A stretch of DNA of 64,000 nucleotides from Corallochytrium limacisporum Hawaii (lineage: Eukaryota; Protista; Pluriformea). Position numbers and translations under genes: made by a program. The stretch spans positions 94,447 through 158,446 of the forward strand of contig PDIP01000079.1 in assembly GCA_002811645.1 (NCBI GenBank), written 5' to 3'. Below are positions 24,912-36,047 of this stretch, one piece after another. The notes under the pieces were generated by a model. The model worked only from the letters and a program-made list of their open reading frames with translations. It was not told the origin of the DNA and made no database searches. The first letter of the stretch is position 1. The number at the start of each line of letters is the position of its first letter.

Positions 24912-25612
24912 GCCAACATCTCTCTGTGGTCTTCACATACTCTCGCGTTACCGGGACCGGAGTTTGCAAAATAATAAAGAAAAAAAAACACGAGGCATCA
25001 TGTAGAGATGGAAAGGGAGGCGGGGGGCTACCGTAGAGCACGTATGCTAATAGTACGGGAGCAAGAAAAAGACCGTGCCATTATTGCAGAGCTCCTCCAA
25101 ACAAATTGAAACATTTTCTCGGAAACAAAAGCCGAGCTGTATCAATGCAACTAACGCAATAAAGTACTTTCAATATGGATAAAAATATCGCTGACCGTTC
25201 AACACCACCCCAACTCTCGTTGGTCGGAGGGTAAAAAATTCCGACTGTCTCCATGCTTCTGGTAATTCACCGCCTTCCTTCGTCTCTATCGCGGGGACAC
25301 GAGATGGGTCACTAATACGATCATCCCATAGCCCCGCAATCAAACTAGAACCACGCTGTTCGTACTCTGTACCTAGCGCTATGTACTACGTCTGCCACCC
25401 TGTGCGTGCGTACGATCGTTCCATTCTACTACCGGTGCCCAGCGGGTTCCCACACACTATCTGTGTGTCCATACTGAACGGACCGTAATTTTGTCTCCGT
25501 TGCAGCGAGGTAAGAATGGGTGTGGTATAAATGAAGCGAGCTTACAAGCTCACGGCAACAATATAGCACGGGGTGCACCTGGTCTCTCAAGTTTATCGGG
25601 TTCTCTACGTCC

Positions 25613-25613
25613 C

Positions 25614-25669
<56 letters not shown>

Positions 25670-25757
25670 CCTCGCTCTCGCCCTCCCCACCCAAACTCAC
25701 TCGACACACACACACACACACACACTCTCTCTCTCTCTCTCTTTCTTCTCTCTCTCG
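25613..25757. repeat. Compound (CT)n/(CA)n microsatellite
   Basis: Read directly from the sequence. Confidence 0.9.
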
Positions 25758-27714
25758 CGCTCTCCGCCCTCCTGTCTACCAACAAAACCGGTTGCCCGCC
25801 CGTGCAAAAAATGCTGGCCATCGTTCGCCATCGTCGACGCTTATCTCTCTGTCTCATCAAAACAAATTAGGCTGGGGAGCAGGGCCCGTGATGCATGTCA
25901 CCACAAGAAAGAGACAGCAGAGGGAGGGTGTGATCGATCGAGTCGTCTATTGCACCAATTCTGGTCCTCGTCGCAAGTCGCTGGTTAGAAACGACAGCCA
26001 TTGCAGATTGTTTCTAGAACATTCAGTATGTGGATTGACCCAGTGGTTGTCAGCACCCAAAGTTCCCTCCCTATCTCTCTGCAGCATCCTTCCGCGTGGA
26101 AAGAGGTTGGCGCATAGCGGGAAGGAGGCGGCGCGCACCGCAGACGCCGAAGCCCTTTAACATGGTGGCGATGCTACGCAGAGATTACGATATTTACCTA
26201 GTATTTGAAAGGAAGCTGGGTATTCTCCGTGACTGATAACCAAAAACACGTCCTTAATAATCGGCGAATACACTTGAGACGACGACATTCTAAGCCACAC
26301 ACATCCCGGACCGGCACAATTCCGATTCCCGTCTTTCCCATTTTCCACCACATCCAACGATCTTGCCAGCCAGGCCTTTGGCTTTTGTGACCAATGCACA
26401 TCGTTCCCCATGCTTCGCCTGTTTGTACAGAATACAAAGCACAGGTCTCGGATCAGCCCAACTGGCCCTGGCCAGAGACACATTTGCCGCGGGTCTCTAT
26501 GACAGTAGCCCTTCCTATCCTGCCTGCACCGCCCTCTGCTGATCGTTCGGGACCGGATGGCCACATAACGTTCTCAGATCGGGGTTTCGGTCCCGTTCTG
26601 TATTTTTAGCTCATCTTTTGAAAAAGAGAAGGGGGGGGGGTCGCGCTGGCTTTTGCCAAGGGTCGTAGCGAATAAAACCCTCATCTCTCTCGTTTGCTAT
26701 GTTAACCCCTTCCGAGGGGGAGTGTTCGGGGCAGGGACCAGCGCGGAGCCGGTGAAAAACGAGGTTGAGAAGGGGAGGGGGGTCTGCTGATGTCCTCCGA
26801 GCTCCAGCAAGGGGTATCAGGTTAGCCACCACCCGCCGGATCCCTGCCCCTTTGGCCAGCTGACCACCAATATTTTCTTCTCCTCTTCTGTTGTTAACCT
26901 TCGCGGCCGTACTCCTTTCTTCGCCGCCCGACCGGCGAGACCGCAAAACCCAAAGGAAAACCCAGGAGCCATACGAGAAGAACGATGTGTAGTAGCAAAG
27001 GGGAGGGAGCCGCGGTGGGGGGGGGGAAGAGAGGACAGGCAAAACCTCGGGGGACCCAATGGCCTCACCACGTCGAGCAACGCAAGGTTCAGATTCTTGG
27101 GGAAACGTTCAATGCTTGAGAAGGTTCCCAACGGTTGTGTTTCAACTGAAATGGTTCAGAAATTGGTAAAATTTTTTCAAGCTTCTCTAATTACACACCA
27201 CTATACATAATGTAGGGACCCCGCTCACCAAAACGTGTGAAACCGTGTTCCAACCTCCTGGCCCTTCTGGCAATGAGGTCACAAGAGCACATGTAACGGA
27301 CCCGTACACACACACCCTTTGCTCGCGAGCGCGCTGATGGGAAAAAAAATCAAATGGAGACCTTGGGATGCCCCTCGTTTCTTCGGCCTGTGAATCAAGG
27401 TTGCTGCACACGGACACACGGAACGTGACCGAATCAAATAGTGCTATACAGTTAGTACTAAAATCAGGTGTTTGTATGTTTCATTCGCCTTTGGCATGAT
27501 GGGATCGGGTGCCCCTCTGCCGCTCTGAAATTTTGGGGAGAGATCCCGCAGAAACCCCCCTCCCCCTTTTTCTCCTTGTCCACCTCCGAGGTGTATACGG
27601 AACGATGGAAGGAACAGGGGCCTGGTTTTTCCGTACATTGAATACGGCAGTGAGCACTGCGGGTGATGTGGCGGTTCAGAACTGGTTGGGGGGGACAGGG
27701 AATTCCCCGTAGTA

Positions 27715-27950
27715 GGGAGGAATCCTAATGGGCCGCCGGGGGTGTGGAGGAAGGGAGGAAGAAGGGAAGCGGGGAAGGGGAGGAGGGGAACCCGAGGGGG
27801 TGGGGGGAAGAAAGGGGAAACCAAAAGGGTGAGCTCAGGTCAGCAAAGAGGGATGGAGGAAGAAAAAGGGAAGGGAAGGGGGGGGAGGGAGGGGAAAGGG
27901 GGAAAAGGGGGGAAGGAGGCCGCACGAAACCGCGAGGGAGAAAGGGAGGT
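27715..27950 (+). repeat. Polypurine (G/A-rich) tract, G4/H-DNA-capable
   Basis: About 230 nt dominated by GGGA/GAAG runs, roughly 600 nt upstream of the 28529 gene. Confidence 0.85.
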
Positions 27951-28528
27951 GCTGTAGTCACAGTACCGAATGGGTGCCCTTCCTTGGTTCCTGTCCTCCG
28001 CGAGACCAGCGGAGACGGAAGGGACGGAGAACGTGGAGGGCGAGGGGGACGAGAAGAGAAACTGATATCGTCTGCAGTGTATTGTGTATAGGAGACGGAA
28101 ATGATGAGAGAACCAACGCGCGAAAGATCCTCCCGGCCACTGCCAATTCCTCTCCCCCTCTTTGTGCCAAGTGTCTGGTGTGGCACCGAAACTGGTGCCT
28201 TGTGCAGTTTGAGACACGAGAAAGTTCATGTTTTTGGACAGGTTCTGTCTGTTAAGGGTAGATAGATTAATAGGAAGGGCCAAGAATAAACAGACACACC
28301 TCATGAGACGCAAGTGACGAACGCGAGATTGTACCAACTAAATGGTCGAACCCAAGACTACCAAACGTATTTAAGCCATCCCAACCAATATAGTGTGGAC
28401 AATCGAGATCTCATCCCTAAGTAGTTACTTAAAGCGAGATACATAGAATGCGCACAAAGCCTTTTAGTAGAAGCGGAGTATTGCTACCACCAATAATAGA
28501 ACAAGCCGACCACTCACATACAACAAAG

Positions 28529-28810
28529 ATGCTGTCCCCTGCCCTGAAATCCGCAGGCTCCAGCCGCGATAACTCTCCTGCGAGCTCTCGCCGCAACAGC
28601 CAACAGAACAAGCGTCGTGTTAGCTTCAACGAGGCCAAGATGGTCTTGGAGACATACGATAACAATGTGTACAACCGCGAGTCTTGGAATATTATCCCCA
28701 ATGTGGAACACCTCGACGAGATCAAGATGGAGCTGACCTGGTACAAGCGGCTCGAAATGCCCGTGCACCCCGACAGCATTCAGTACATCAGCTGGCCGAA
28801 CCTAGAGTGA
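28529..28810 (+). CDS. Small PP1-binding protein (Phactr/Bni4-type C-terminal domain)
   Basis: RVxF motif KRRVSF followed by ETYDNNVYNR...EIKMELTWYKRLEMPVHPDS, matching the Phactr/Bni4 pattern Y(D/N)R...I(K/R).EL..(F/Y)K..EM.VH..S. ATG in CAACAAAGATG context; an upstream ATG at 28448 is in frame. Confidence 0.8.
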   Translation: MLSPALKSAGSSRDNSPASSRRNSQQNKRRVSFNEAKMVLETYDNNVYNRESWNIIPNVEHLDEIKMELTWYKRLEMPVHPDSIQYISWPNLE

Positions 28811-30221
28811 ATAGCTCTAATCGGCGTATGAAAAAACAAAGAAAATCACAAAAATGATTAGCATTTACTTTGAACGGTAATAGTCAATTCCCTGGTAACC
28901 CCAGAGTCTGCCAGCAGCGCAGTAGAATCACCAGTCGGACATCCAAGTTCATCCACATATAATCAACAAAAAAACACACCAGCTGGGCTGAATTGTGCCA
29001 CATTTCCATCACATCTTATCCATTCATGCATATATAATTATATCAAGACATCCATAGCATCATCACATTCATTGTAGTCTCTCACAGTCAGCAACTCCTA
29101 AATGCTCAACACCATGTCATTTGATCATTCTACACCATAGGGTTCATCCGGAACCATGTACCCTTCCCCCCCCCCCCTAGAAAAGTTTTGCATAACCCGC
29201 AAACAGGGTTTCCACGGAGTGATCCTGTCCCATACTGCTTGGTACTTAAGGATACAGTAATAAGGTGAAGGAAAGAAAATGGGGGTGGGGAGGCAGAGAG
29301 GGTGTACCGGGGGGGGGGGTTGGCTTTGCCCGTCCAGCTTACGGCATTGCTACCTTGGAAAGCCCGTTTCCTCCCTCTCCTTTGTGTCAGTATTATGACG
29401 GACGGTCCAATGTTTATACGCCGGGCCAGTTGGACGGTGCGGTTCCCACCCGTCTTGGCACTTTCCCTATGGAAAATGTACGAAAAATGTGGGGCCAGAT
29501 GCCCCGACTCCCGTACTGAATGTACTATTCCCTTATGAATGTATAGAAAAATTAGCGTCAACCCCCCCTTGGGAAAATAGACTCCCACCATGTGATTTTG
29601 GTGGGGAACGCCTTTGAAGTCTTTTGAAAACCAAACGGGCAATAACGCTCCGTTCCATGCAATTATTGATCCAATTGAAAATAAATAATATTGATTTATT
29701 GTAAGATTCGCGAAACACATTAGTTTTTAAATGTTAATTTAGGAATGAAGAGGGGCCCTCCCAAAAAGGGGCCCCGGGGGGGGGAGGGGCCGAGTCCGCT
29801 TGGAAAGAGTCTGCGGATTAACCTCATACCAACCCTTACGCAGCCCAGCCAAAGAGGGGGGGGGAGCAAGGGCGGCCGGACTGTGTAAGGAAGAAAGGGC
29901 GGGGTGGGGGGGTTGGCAGATACTGGCTTTTCCGGCCCAATGATGCCACACCAAACGGAGATGATCAGGAGACTGACGGTTTGGGTGCGTCAGCAATACC
30001 AGGCTGAAAAGAGAATACCATAAGCGACCGACCATGGGCCAGTATGAGAAAGTTGTCAAGGCCCATTATCTATCGCAAACGTATGTGAGATCTTGTAGGG
30101 AAGATGACCCAGCTGCTACCAACCGGAGAAAGCAAGTAGTCAGGAACGAGGCCGAACCGGCCTCCCTGGCAGCGGGTCATGTTTCGTTTGGTCGCTGATT
30201 GCATAACTATAGAAACAGTCA

Positions 30222-30884
30222 ATGGCTTACTTCATGAAAGCCTCCGGGCCGCGGGTGGACCGCAGCCAAATGACCTACCTTCCGGCTACTTTCACTGATA
30301 AGACAGGGGCCACGGTCGTCCTGGATTTCTATGACGCTGCTCGGGACGAGGAAATTCTGTACTTGATCTTCAAAGACATTGTTGAGGATGGTATGACCTA
30401 TCCGCAAGAGACATTAGATACCATCGATGAATTCCGTGCCTACTACTGCACCCATGACGTCTTTGTGATACGCGACGGAAGTTCCAAGGGAGAAGCTATC
30501 GGAGGTTTTTATGTTAAGCCCAATTTTCCGGGACGATCTTCTCACCTCTGCAACGCCGGATTCATCGTACACAAAGCACAGAGACGACGCGGTTTGGCTC
30601 GGATCATGTGCCATGCCTATCCGAAGATAGCAGTCGACCTCGACTATGAGGGATCGTTTTTCAATCTCGTGTACATGTGTCAGCCGTACGCTGTGCCATT
30701 CTACGAATCCATGGGCTTCAGGGTCCTATCCATCCTGCCCAAAGCAGGCCGAATGAAAGAATTCGAACAAAACGGATACTCCGACGCCGCCCAAATGTAC
30801 GCGGATTTTGCTGTGGACTTCGGCACGGATTTGAAGGCAGTGGATTTTGGAGCGTGGATGAAAAGTATGCGCAGAGCATCTTGA
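30222..30884 (+). CDS. GNAT N-acetyltransferase, Mpr1/Spt10-like
   Basis: TYPQE, GGFYVKPNFPGRSSHLCNAGFIV, acetyl-CoA motif QRRRGLAR, FNLVY, FYESMGF. Confidence 0.9.
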   Translation: MAYFMKASGPRVDRSQMTYLPATFTDKTGATVVLDFYDAARDEEILYLIFKDIVEDGMTYPQETLDTIDEFRAYYCTHDVFVIRDGSSKGEAIGGFYVKPNFPGRSSHLCNAGFIVHKAQRRRGLARIMCHAYPKIAVDLDYEGSFFNLVYMCQPYAVPFYESMGFRVLSILPKAGRMKEFEQNGYSDAAQMYADFAVDFGTDLKAVDFGAWMKSMRRAS

Positions 30885-30988
30885 TGTCCGTCGCCATGAT
30901 TTGACACAATCAAGGATTTGCACCCTAAGCAAGTCAACGGTGAATTCCTCAACATGGAATGATTAGACTCTTTGTAACTTATGTAGAT

Positions 30989-31987
30989 TTAATCGAACGT
31001 GATTTTGGTGCCCTGGTAAGTGGCCGAAGCCGCGGCCGCTTCCTTGGCACGCATTGCTGTCTTGGCCTGCCAAGACGGGTGCATTTGCTGAACTTTGCCC
31101 CTTACTTTCTTTTCGTCGTTGTCTTTAGCAAGCTTTGTTCCTGCCTGATCTCGACCACCGCTGCGGGTCGTGACCTTGCGGTCGGCCCGCTCTGTGCGTG
31201 CGCGCTTGGACTCCGACGCCTGCGTCGGCTTTCCCGCTTGCTGCTCACTGTCCCTAATGGTTCGCTTCATGCTCTTCCGCGCAGCAAACGCTGCTTCACC
31301 AGCATCCTCTGGCTCATTCGCGCCGCGGTTGTTATTGGTATCATCACCTGTTTGGTTTTTCGATTTCTTAGACTGTTTCACTTCCAGCTTGGGCATGTCC
31401 TGCACTGAGGTGGACGTTTTTTCTACCTGACGGTACTTTTCCAGTGCCAATTTTACCTGAGGATGCTGTGTGACTACCCTCAAGGCCCGTTCTGAGGCTG
31501 CATTTTTGTCGTTGCCCTTCTGTGCCGATGAGCTATGGACCTTCTTGTCAGCATCTAGGATCTTCACCAAAACGCTGTCCACGGTTAGATCGTCTTTAAT
31601 TGCAGACAATTCAGCCTCTGCCCGCCTAACAGCCTTCATACGATTCTTTTTAGCTGAGTCAGGTAGCTCGTCGACGTTCTCCTTCAGCTTCTTTAGTTTG
31701 CTTGCCACTGATGCTAGATGAGCACCCCTAGCCTTCTTTAGAGACGAACGCAAGGACTTCAGCCTCTGGTGGACTTTCGCATCCTTCGATTGCTTCACTA
31801 AAGCCTCCAAATCTGCCACAGCGCTTTCATCAGTGGTCAATTCTACGGAAGAGTTTTCGGTAGGTTTTGATCCTTTGTCCTTGGATTTGCTTCGAACAGC
31901 CCTTTCAGCCAGGGCGATTTCTGGCTTGATACCGGCCTTTGCCTGGGCTTTGCTAAGCTCCCACTTCAGGTTCTTTGGCTTTGGCAT
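30989..31987 (-). CDS. SRFBP1: Bud22/SRFBP1-like ribosome biogenesis protein
   Basis: Lys-rich protein with the diagnostic C-terminus MHPSWQAK...YQGTKITFD. First ATG at 31987. Confidence 0.85.
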   Translation of the reverse strand: MPKPKNLKWELSKAQAKAGIKPEIALAERAVRSKSKDKGSKPTENSSVELTTDESAVADLEALVKQSKDAKVHQRLKSLRSSLKKARGAHLASVASKLKKLKENVDELPDSAKKNRMKAVRRAEAELSAIKDDLTVDSVLVKILDADKKVHSSSAQKGNDKNAASERALRVVTQHPQVKLALEKYRQVEKTSTSVQDMPKLEVKQSKKSKNQTGDDTNNNRGANEPEDAGEAAFAARKSMKRTIRDSEQQAGKPTQASESKRARTERADRKVTTRSGGRDQAGTKLAKDNDEKKVRGKVQQMHPSWQAKTAMRAKEAAAASATYQGTKITFD

Positions 31988-32686
31988 GATTACACTACCA
32001 TCAACCAATACCCGGGCTGCTTCATGTCATTGTGTACGATGTCTTCACCAGTACGTAGCACGCAATTTTAACCGTTCCAAAGGAACTCTGGATCCAAAGG
32101 TACTGAGAGTTGCAGTCCGAAATACCAGACCACATGGTTTGCTAACCAACTGATCCAAGTCACACGCTCTCCATGCACATGTATACTGACATGCAGTTTG
32201 AAATGTAAACTTTCAAAGGTCTCACATTGCAAAACGGGACTCGAACACAAAGAGAAAACGGCCAAGCTTTCTCCACTGCCTGAAAATCGCGAAAGTGTGT
32301 GCCCCCAAGCGCGCGTGGGTGCCGCCCCGGCACACCATAGTCCAACAAACCCAAGGGGGGCGAGGGAGCAAGACCCGCACCCCTGTCCCTGATGAATCAG
32401 GGGCCTATTTTCCGCCTGCCAAAATGGGGCGCGCGAGAGTCAGTTTTTCGGGGTCAGTTTTGGGCGCGGTAGTTTTAGCAGCGGGGGGGGGGGGGAGGGG
32501 GACAATGCCTATTTAATCAGAGTAGCCAATTTAATCGTGGGACAAGGGACTTCGCTCGCACGGCCAACGGACGAGAAGTTGACAACATTGCATGATACTA
32601 TACAGTGTCGAGCCCTGTTTGAGCCCACGGGACACAGTAGGTCAAAGAGTTAAAGAAATATAATGTAGTTAGTTCGCACATGAACC

Positions 32687-33409
32687 ATGAACGTGTTTAC
32701 TATCGCGGCCGTGGAGTACGTCTGCCAGGGATTCAGCATGGGACTAATCTTAGCCCCGGCACCTTTGTTCATTCGAGCATTGTTTCGAAGGAGCACAACA
32801 GGAGTGGACTTGAATCCATCCTTAGCCCTAGTCGGAGGTTCTTTGTGTTGGCTATACTATGGCTTTCTTAGTGATCAGCAAGTTCTTATCCAGATCAACA
32901 CAATCGCATTAATTGCTGGTGGGTTCTATGTGGCAGTGGCGCTAGCCTTCTCAGACCGAGAGGAACATTTCCTCCGCAAGTGTTTGTACACACTTGTGTT
33001 TATTGCGGTATTATTTTCAATCGTGCACTGGAGGATTGAAGAGCACCATGCAAAAGCACAATTGCTGGGGATGATTAGTGCCATGGGATCGGTTATGCTT
33101 TTCGCGGCACCCCTTGTCGACATCCGACACATGTTGGCGGCAAAAACAACTGGAAACCTTAATTTTCAGGTGTGTTTGGTAAATTTTGGCTGTACATTAA
33201 TTTGGACATACTATGGGATCTTGATAGGCGACCTCAATATCAGCATCCCTAACGGTGTCGGTCTGCTGTTCACCAGCGTGCAACTCTCACTGTTCGGAAT
33301 GTTTACTCAACGAAAGTATACTCTCGCCCAACAGCGAGATGCAATCGGTATTCAGAAACACAAGCTGGGTCATGTCAACGGGAAAAGTAGACCTGGATAC
33401 CTGCCATGA
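32687..33409 (+). CDS. SWEET (MtN3/saliva) sugar transporter
   Basis: Two MtN3 repeats: LAPAP...RRSTTG...WLYYGFL...IQIN and FAAPL...KTTGNL...WTYYGIL...IPNGVG...QLSL. Confidence 0.92.
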   Translation: MNVFTIAAVEYVCQGFSMGLILAPAPLFIRALFRRSTTGVDLNPSLALVGGSLCWLYYGFLSDQQVLIQINTIALIAGGFYVAVALAFSDREEHFLRKCLYTLVFIAVLFSIVHWRIEEHHAKAQLLGMISAMGSVMLFAAPLVDIRHMLAAKTTGNLNFQVCLVNFGCTLIWTYYGILIGDLNISIPNGVGLLFTSVQLSLFGMFTQRKYTLAQQRDAIGIQKHKLGHVNGKSRPGYLP

Positions 33410-34190
33410 TTGTTCCCAATTTGAAAGTGAGACTTCAAGGCAACGGCACAAACCCGCTCTTGGACACGGACATTGCCAGCCTAATTTTAATCAATATATT
33501 TAAATTGATAGCGAATCACTTGGGAATGATTTTGCCACACGCTCAAACATTCTTCTCCCTCAGTCGTTTTTGGCGCGCAAGGCCTAAGGAAGCCCACTCC
33601 CCCCTACCCCCTCGCTTGCCGAGGCAGGGGAAGTGGATTGGTGTGGACGAGGATGCCCTTGGGAAATTGGCTGTTTGAAATATTTTCTTTGTCTTCTATA
33701 GCCAAAGTATGTCATAGAGGACTGTCGTGTTTTGCTCGGCTCTAGGTACCGGGGTTGGAGAGCGCTGGGAGGAGCCATTCTAGCTGCGTCGAGGCGTTTT
33801 TTGGTGCGTGCTGCCCAAACGCAGTGCAGGATCGTGACGGTGGAGACCATTCGCAGCGATCCAAGTGCCGGTAGGACTAGAAGTCCAGACAGAGTGTGGG
33901 CCACTGTGAGTGAAATATGAGCAGTTCAAATGTCGTAGAGAAAAGGCGGGAAGTGCTGCCGTTTTCCATCGATCCCGTTCCTGGTTGTTTTGTGGAGACC
34001 TCCAAAGTTTTTGTGGAACCAAGGGTTCATTTCTAGTTTGTTTTCTTTCGAAAGTGGCTGCACGTCATGCGTACCACTATGTGCAGGGAAGGTATTACAC
34101 ATGATGAAATGCTCGTTCCTCACTGGCATCACTTGTTTCCTTACGCTTCAATCACTAGAGAGGCCAACGCCAATAACACAAACCACAAAC

Positions 34191-34865
34191 ATGCCCAGCC
34201 CAACAAAGAATCTGAATTCCTACACGGTCAAGGAGCTGCAGGAGATGCTCCGCGAGCAGAACTTGAGCACCTCGGGAAAGAAGAAGGAACTGATCGCACG
34301 CCTGGAGAAGGCTGAGTTGAATGCCGCCGCCGCCACTCCCTACCGTGCCGAAAAAGAGATTGAATTCGAAGACGATGATGACGACGACGAGATCGAGTTC
34401 ACTTCTCCTACCGGTCTCATCGCAATCGACGACGACGACTTCGGTGACATGAGCCCCCTGCGCAACAGCCACCGCATCGCTCAGTTGCTGGTCACTGCTG
34501 AAATTCTGCTGGTCTTCGCTTATGTCCCGGCCGCCTTCAAAAGTCTGGAGTTCCCTATGCAGCACATCGAAAAGTTCACTGACCAGACCTACGGACAGAC
34601 CTGTCTCGAATACTTTACCATCCTGTTCCTGCTGCCTCTCATGGTTGGCGTCTTCATCAACCTAGACGAGTACGACGCCTCTCCTGTCTGCATCTTCGTC
34701 TTCGGTATTGCCCGAACTCTTGTCTTCTACGTGATCAAGCCCAGTGTTCTTAGCACCGTTCTGAACCCTGAGTGGTACCTGTTGGCTTCTGCAATTATGG
34801 TTTTGTGTGCTATGTGGGACAACCAGAAGGCTATTCTGGCAGGACTTCGGGGAACTGAGATTTGA
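34191..34865 (+). CDS. SAP-domain membrane protein
   Basis: N-terminal SAP domain (LNSYTVKELQEMLREQNLSTSGKKKELIARL), acidic linker, about four C-terminal TM helices. ATG preceded by AACCACAAAC. Confidence 0.85.
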   Translation: MPSPTKNLNSYTVKELQEMLREQNLSTSGKKKELIARLEKAELNAAAATPYRAEKEIEFEDDDDDDEIEFTSPTGLIAIDDDDFGDMSPLRNSHRIAQLLVTAEILLVFAYVPAAFKSLEFPMQHIEKFTDQTYGQTCLEYFTILFLLPLMVGVFINLDEYDASPVCIFVFGIARTLVFYVIKPSVLSTVLNPEWYLLASAIMVLCAMWDNQKAILAGLRGTEI

Positions 34866-35249
34866 AGGGTGTATCTAGCATATCAACATCAATCTTTAAA
34901 CCGGGAACCGTTGGAACGAGTGACCAAAACTCCCCGCTATAGGAAAAAAGACTTTAAAAACAAAGCATTACATTTCATCAATCTGTTCGGGATTGGCACC
35001 TATACCGTATCATTACAATCACTTGACGTGTTTACCAGCTGGTCGCCCTTGCATGTTGAAACATGGTCAGAGCATTGCAATCGTCGGGCGTCCCGATTCG
35101 AAAATGGACCCCCGTCTGATTTGCGCAGCCCCACTGCTTGAACCTCTGGTACTTGCAGCAGTGCACTACATTTCCCATACACGCTGGCCGGAGTAGTACT
35201 TTCACTATTGAACTGCCTAAAATCGCCCATAAGTCTGAACCCCCCTCCC

Positions 35250-35361
35250 CGCGGGGGCGCATTAGCGGCAGTGGCACGGTAACCCCCCTCCGCGGAACGC
35301 GAATGCGGTGCGCAGAGTTTGACCTCATTTCCAGCGACTCCGCCCACCGCGCATTTTTTTT
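35250..35361 (+). ncRNA. Candidate Pol III-type small RNA (panhandle, box A/B-like elements, T8 terminator)
   Basis: 5' CGCGGGGGCG pairs with 3' CGCCCACCGCG (10 bp with one bulge). Box A-like TAGCGGCAGTGG, imperfect box B-like GAGTTTGACCTC, then T8. Confidence 0.25.
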
Positions 35362-36047
35362 ACGAAGCATGCGAGGGTATAGGCCTCAGCCCCTACACGC
35401 GTAATTGCCGACTAAACTCTTGTACAATCGTACTTTCTTCGTATAGCACATCCGCGAGGTTTTCCACAGGGGCTAACCGACAGTGAGCCTACGGGACTGG
35501 ATTCCTTGCACTGTTGAAGACTTTGCTACCTGCATTTTCATGCCGTGCGCAGTCAATGGCCAGTGTGCTTTACCCAATTTGAATAGAAAAATTAGGTTAG
35601 CTTTTCGATACTGTCGAAGTTTTGCATCGGCAGACGTGAGCATTCAAATTTTCCGTAGAAATTGTAAGGAAGCACGCCTGTCTCTCCCGTCCCTAAATCA
35701 CTCACCAGTGAGGCGGTCTGGCAGAATGGTCGTGCTCGTAGGCGAACGACAGGAAGGGAAAGAAAGAGGGTGAAACGGCCGGGGGGGGAGGGGGGGAAGG
35801 GACCAAGTGGAGCCAGATTGGAAGACTGTTGGTACCGCATAGTTTGTCAACCCAGCCCTATATGGATGAAAGGTCTAATACTTTCGATGACGGAGCAAAA
35901 CATTGAAGTTTCTGTTCTTCGACAAATAGTGATGGTTAGAGTGCATAATGGTATTAAACGACACACATGCATCATTGATCCATAGGATTTGGAACCCGTG
36001 GTCATGTGCGATTGATCTGCATTATTGACGTTTAAAGAATTTCAGTG

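Noticed and set aside
25429-26160. 143-195-aa ORFs rich in SL/RE/HT repeats
   Set aside because: Translations of CT/CA microsatellites.
29265-29720. GIATLESPF fragment and a 196-aa minus-strand ORF
   Set aside because: A single weak hydrolase-like word with no ordered supporting motifs.
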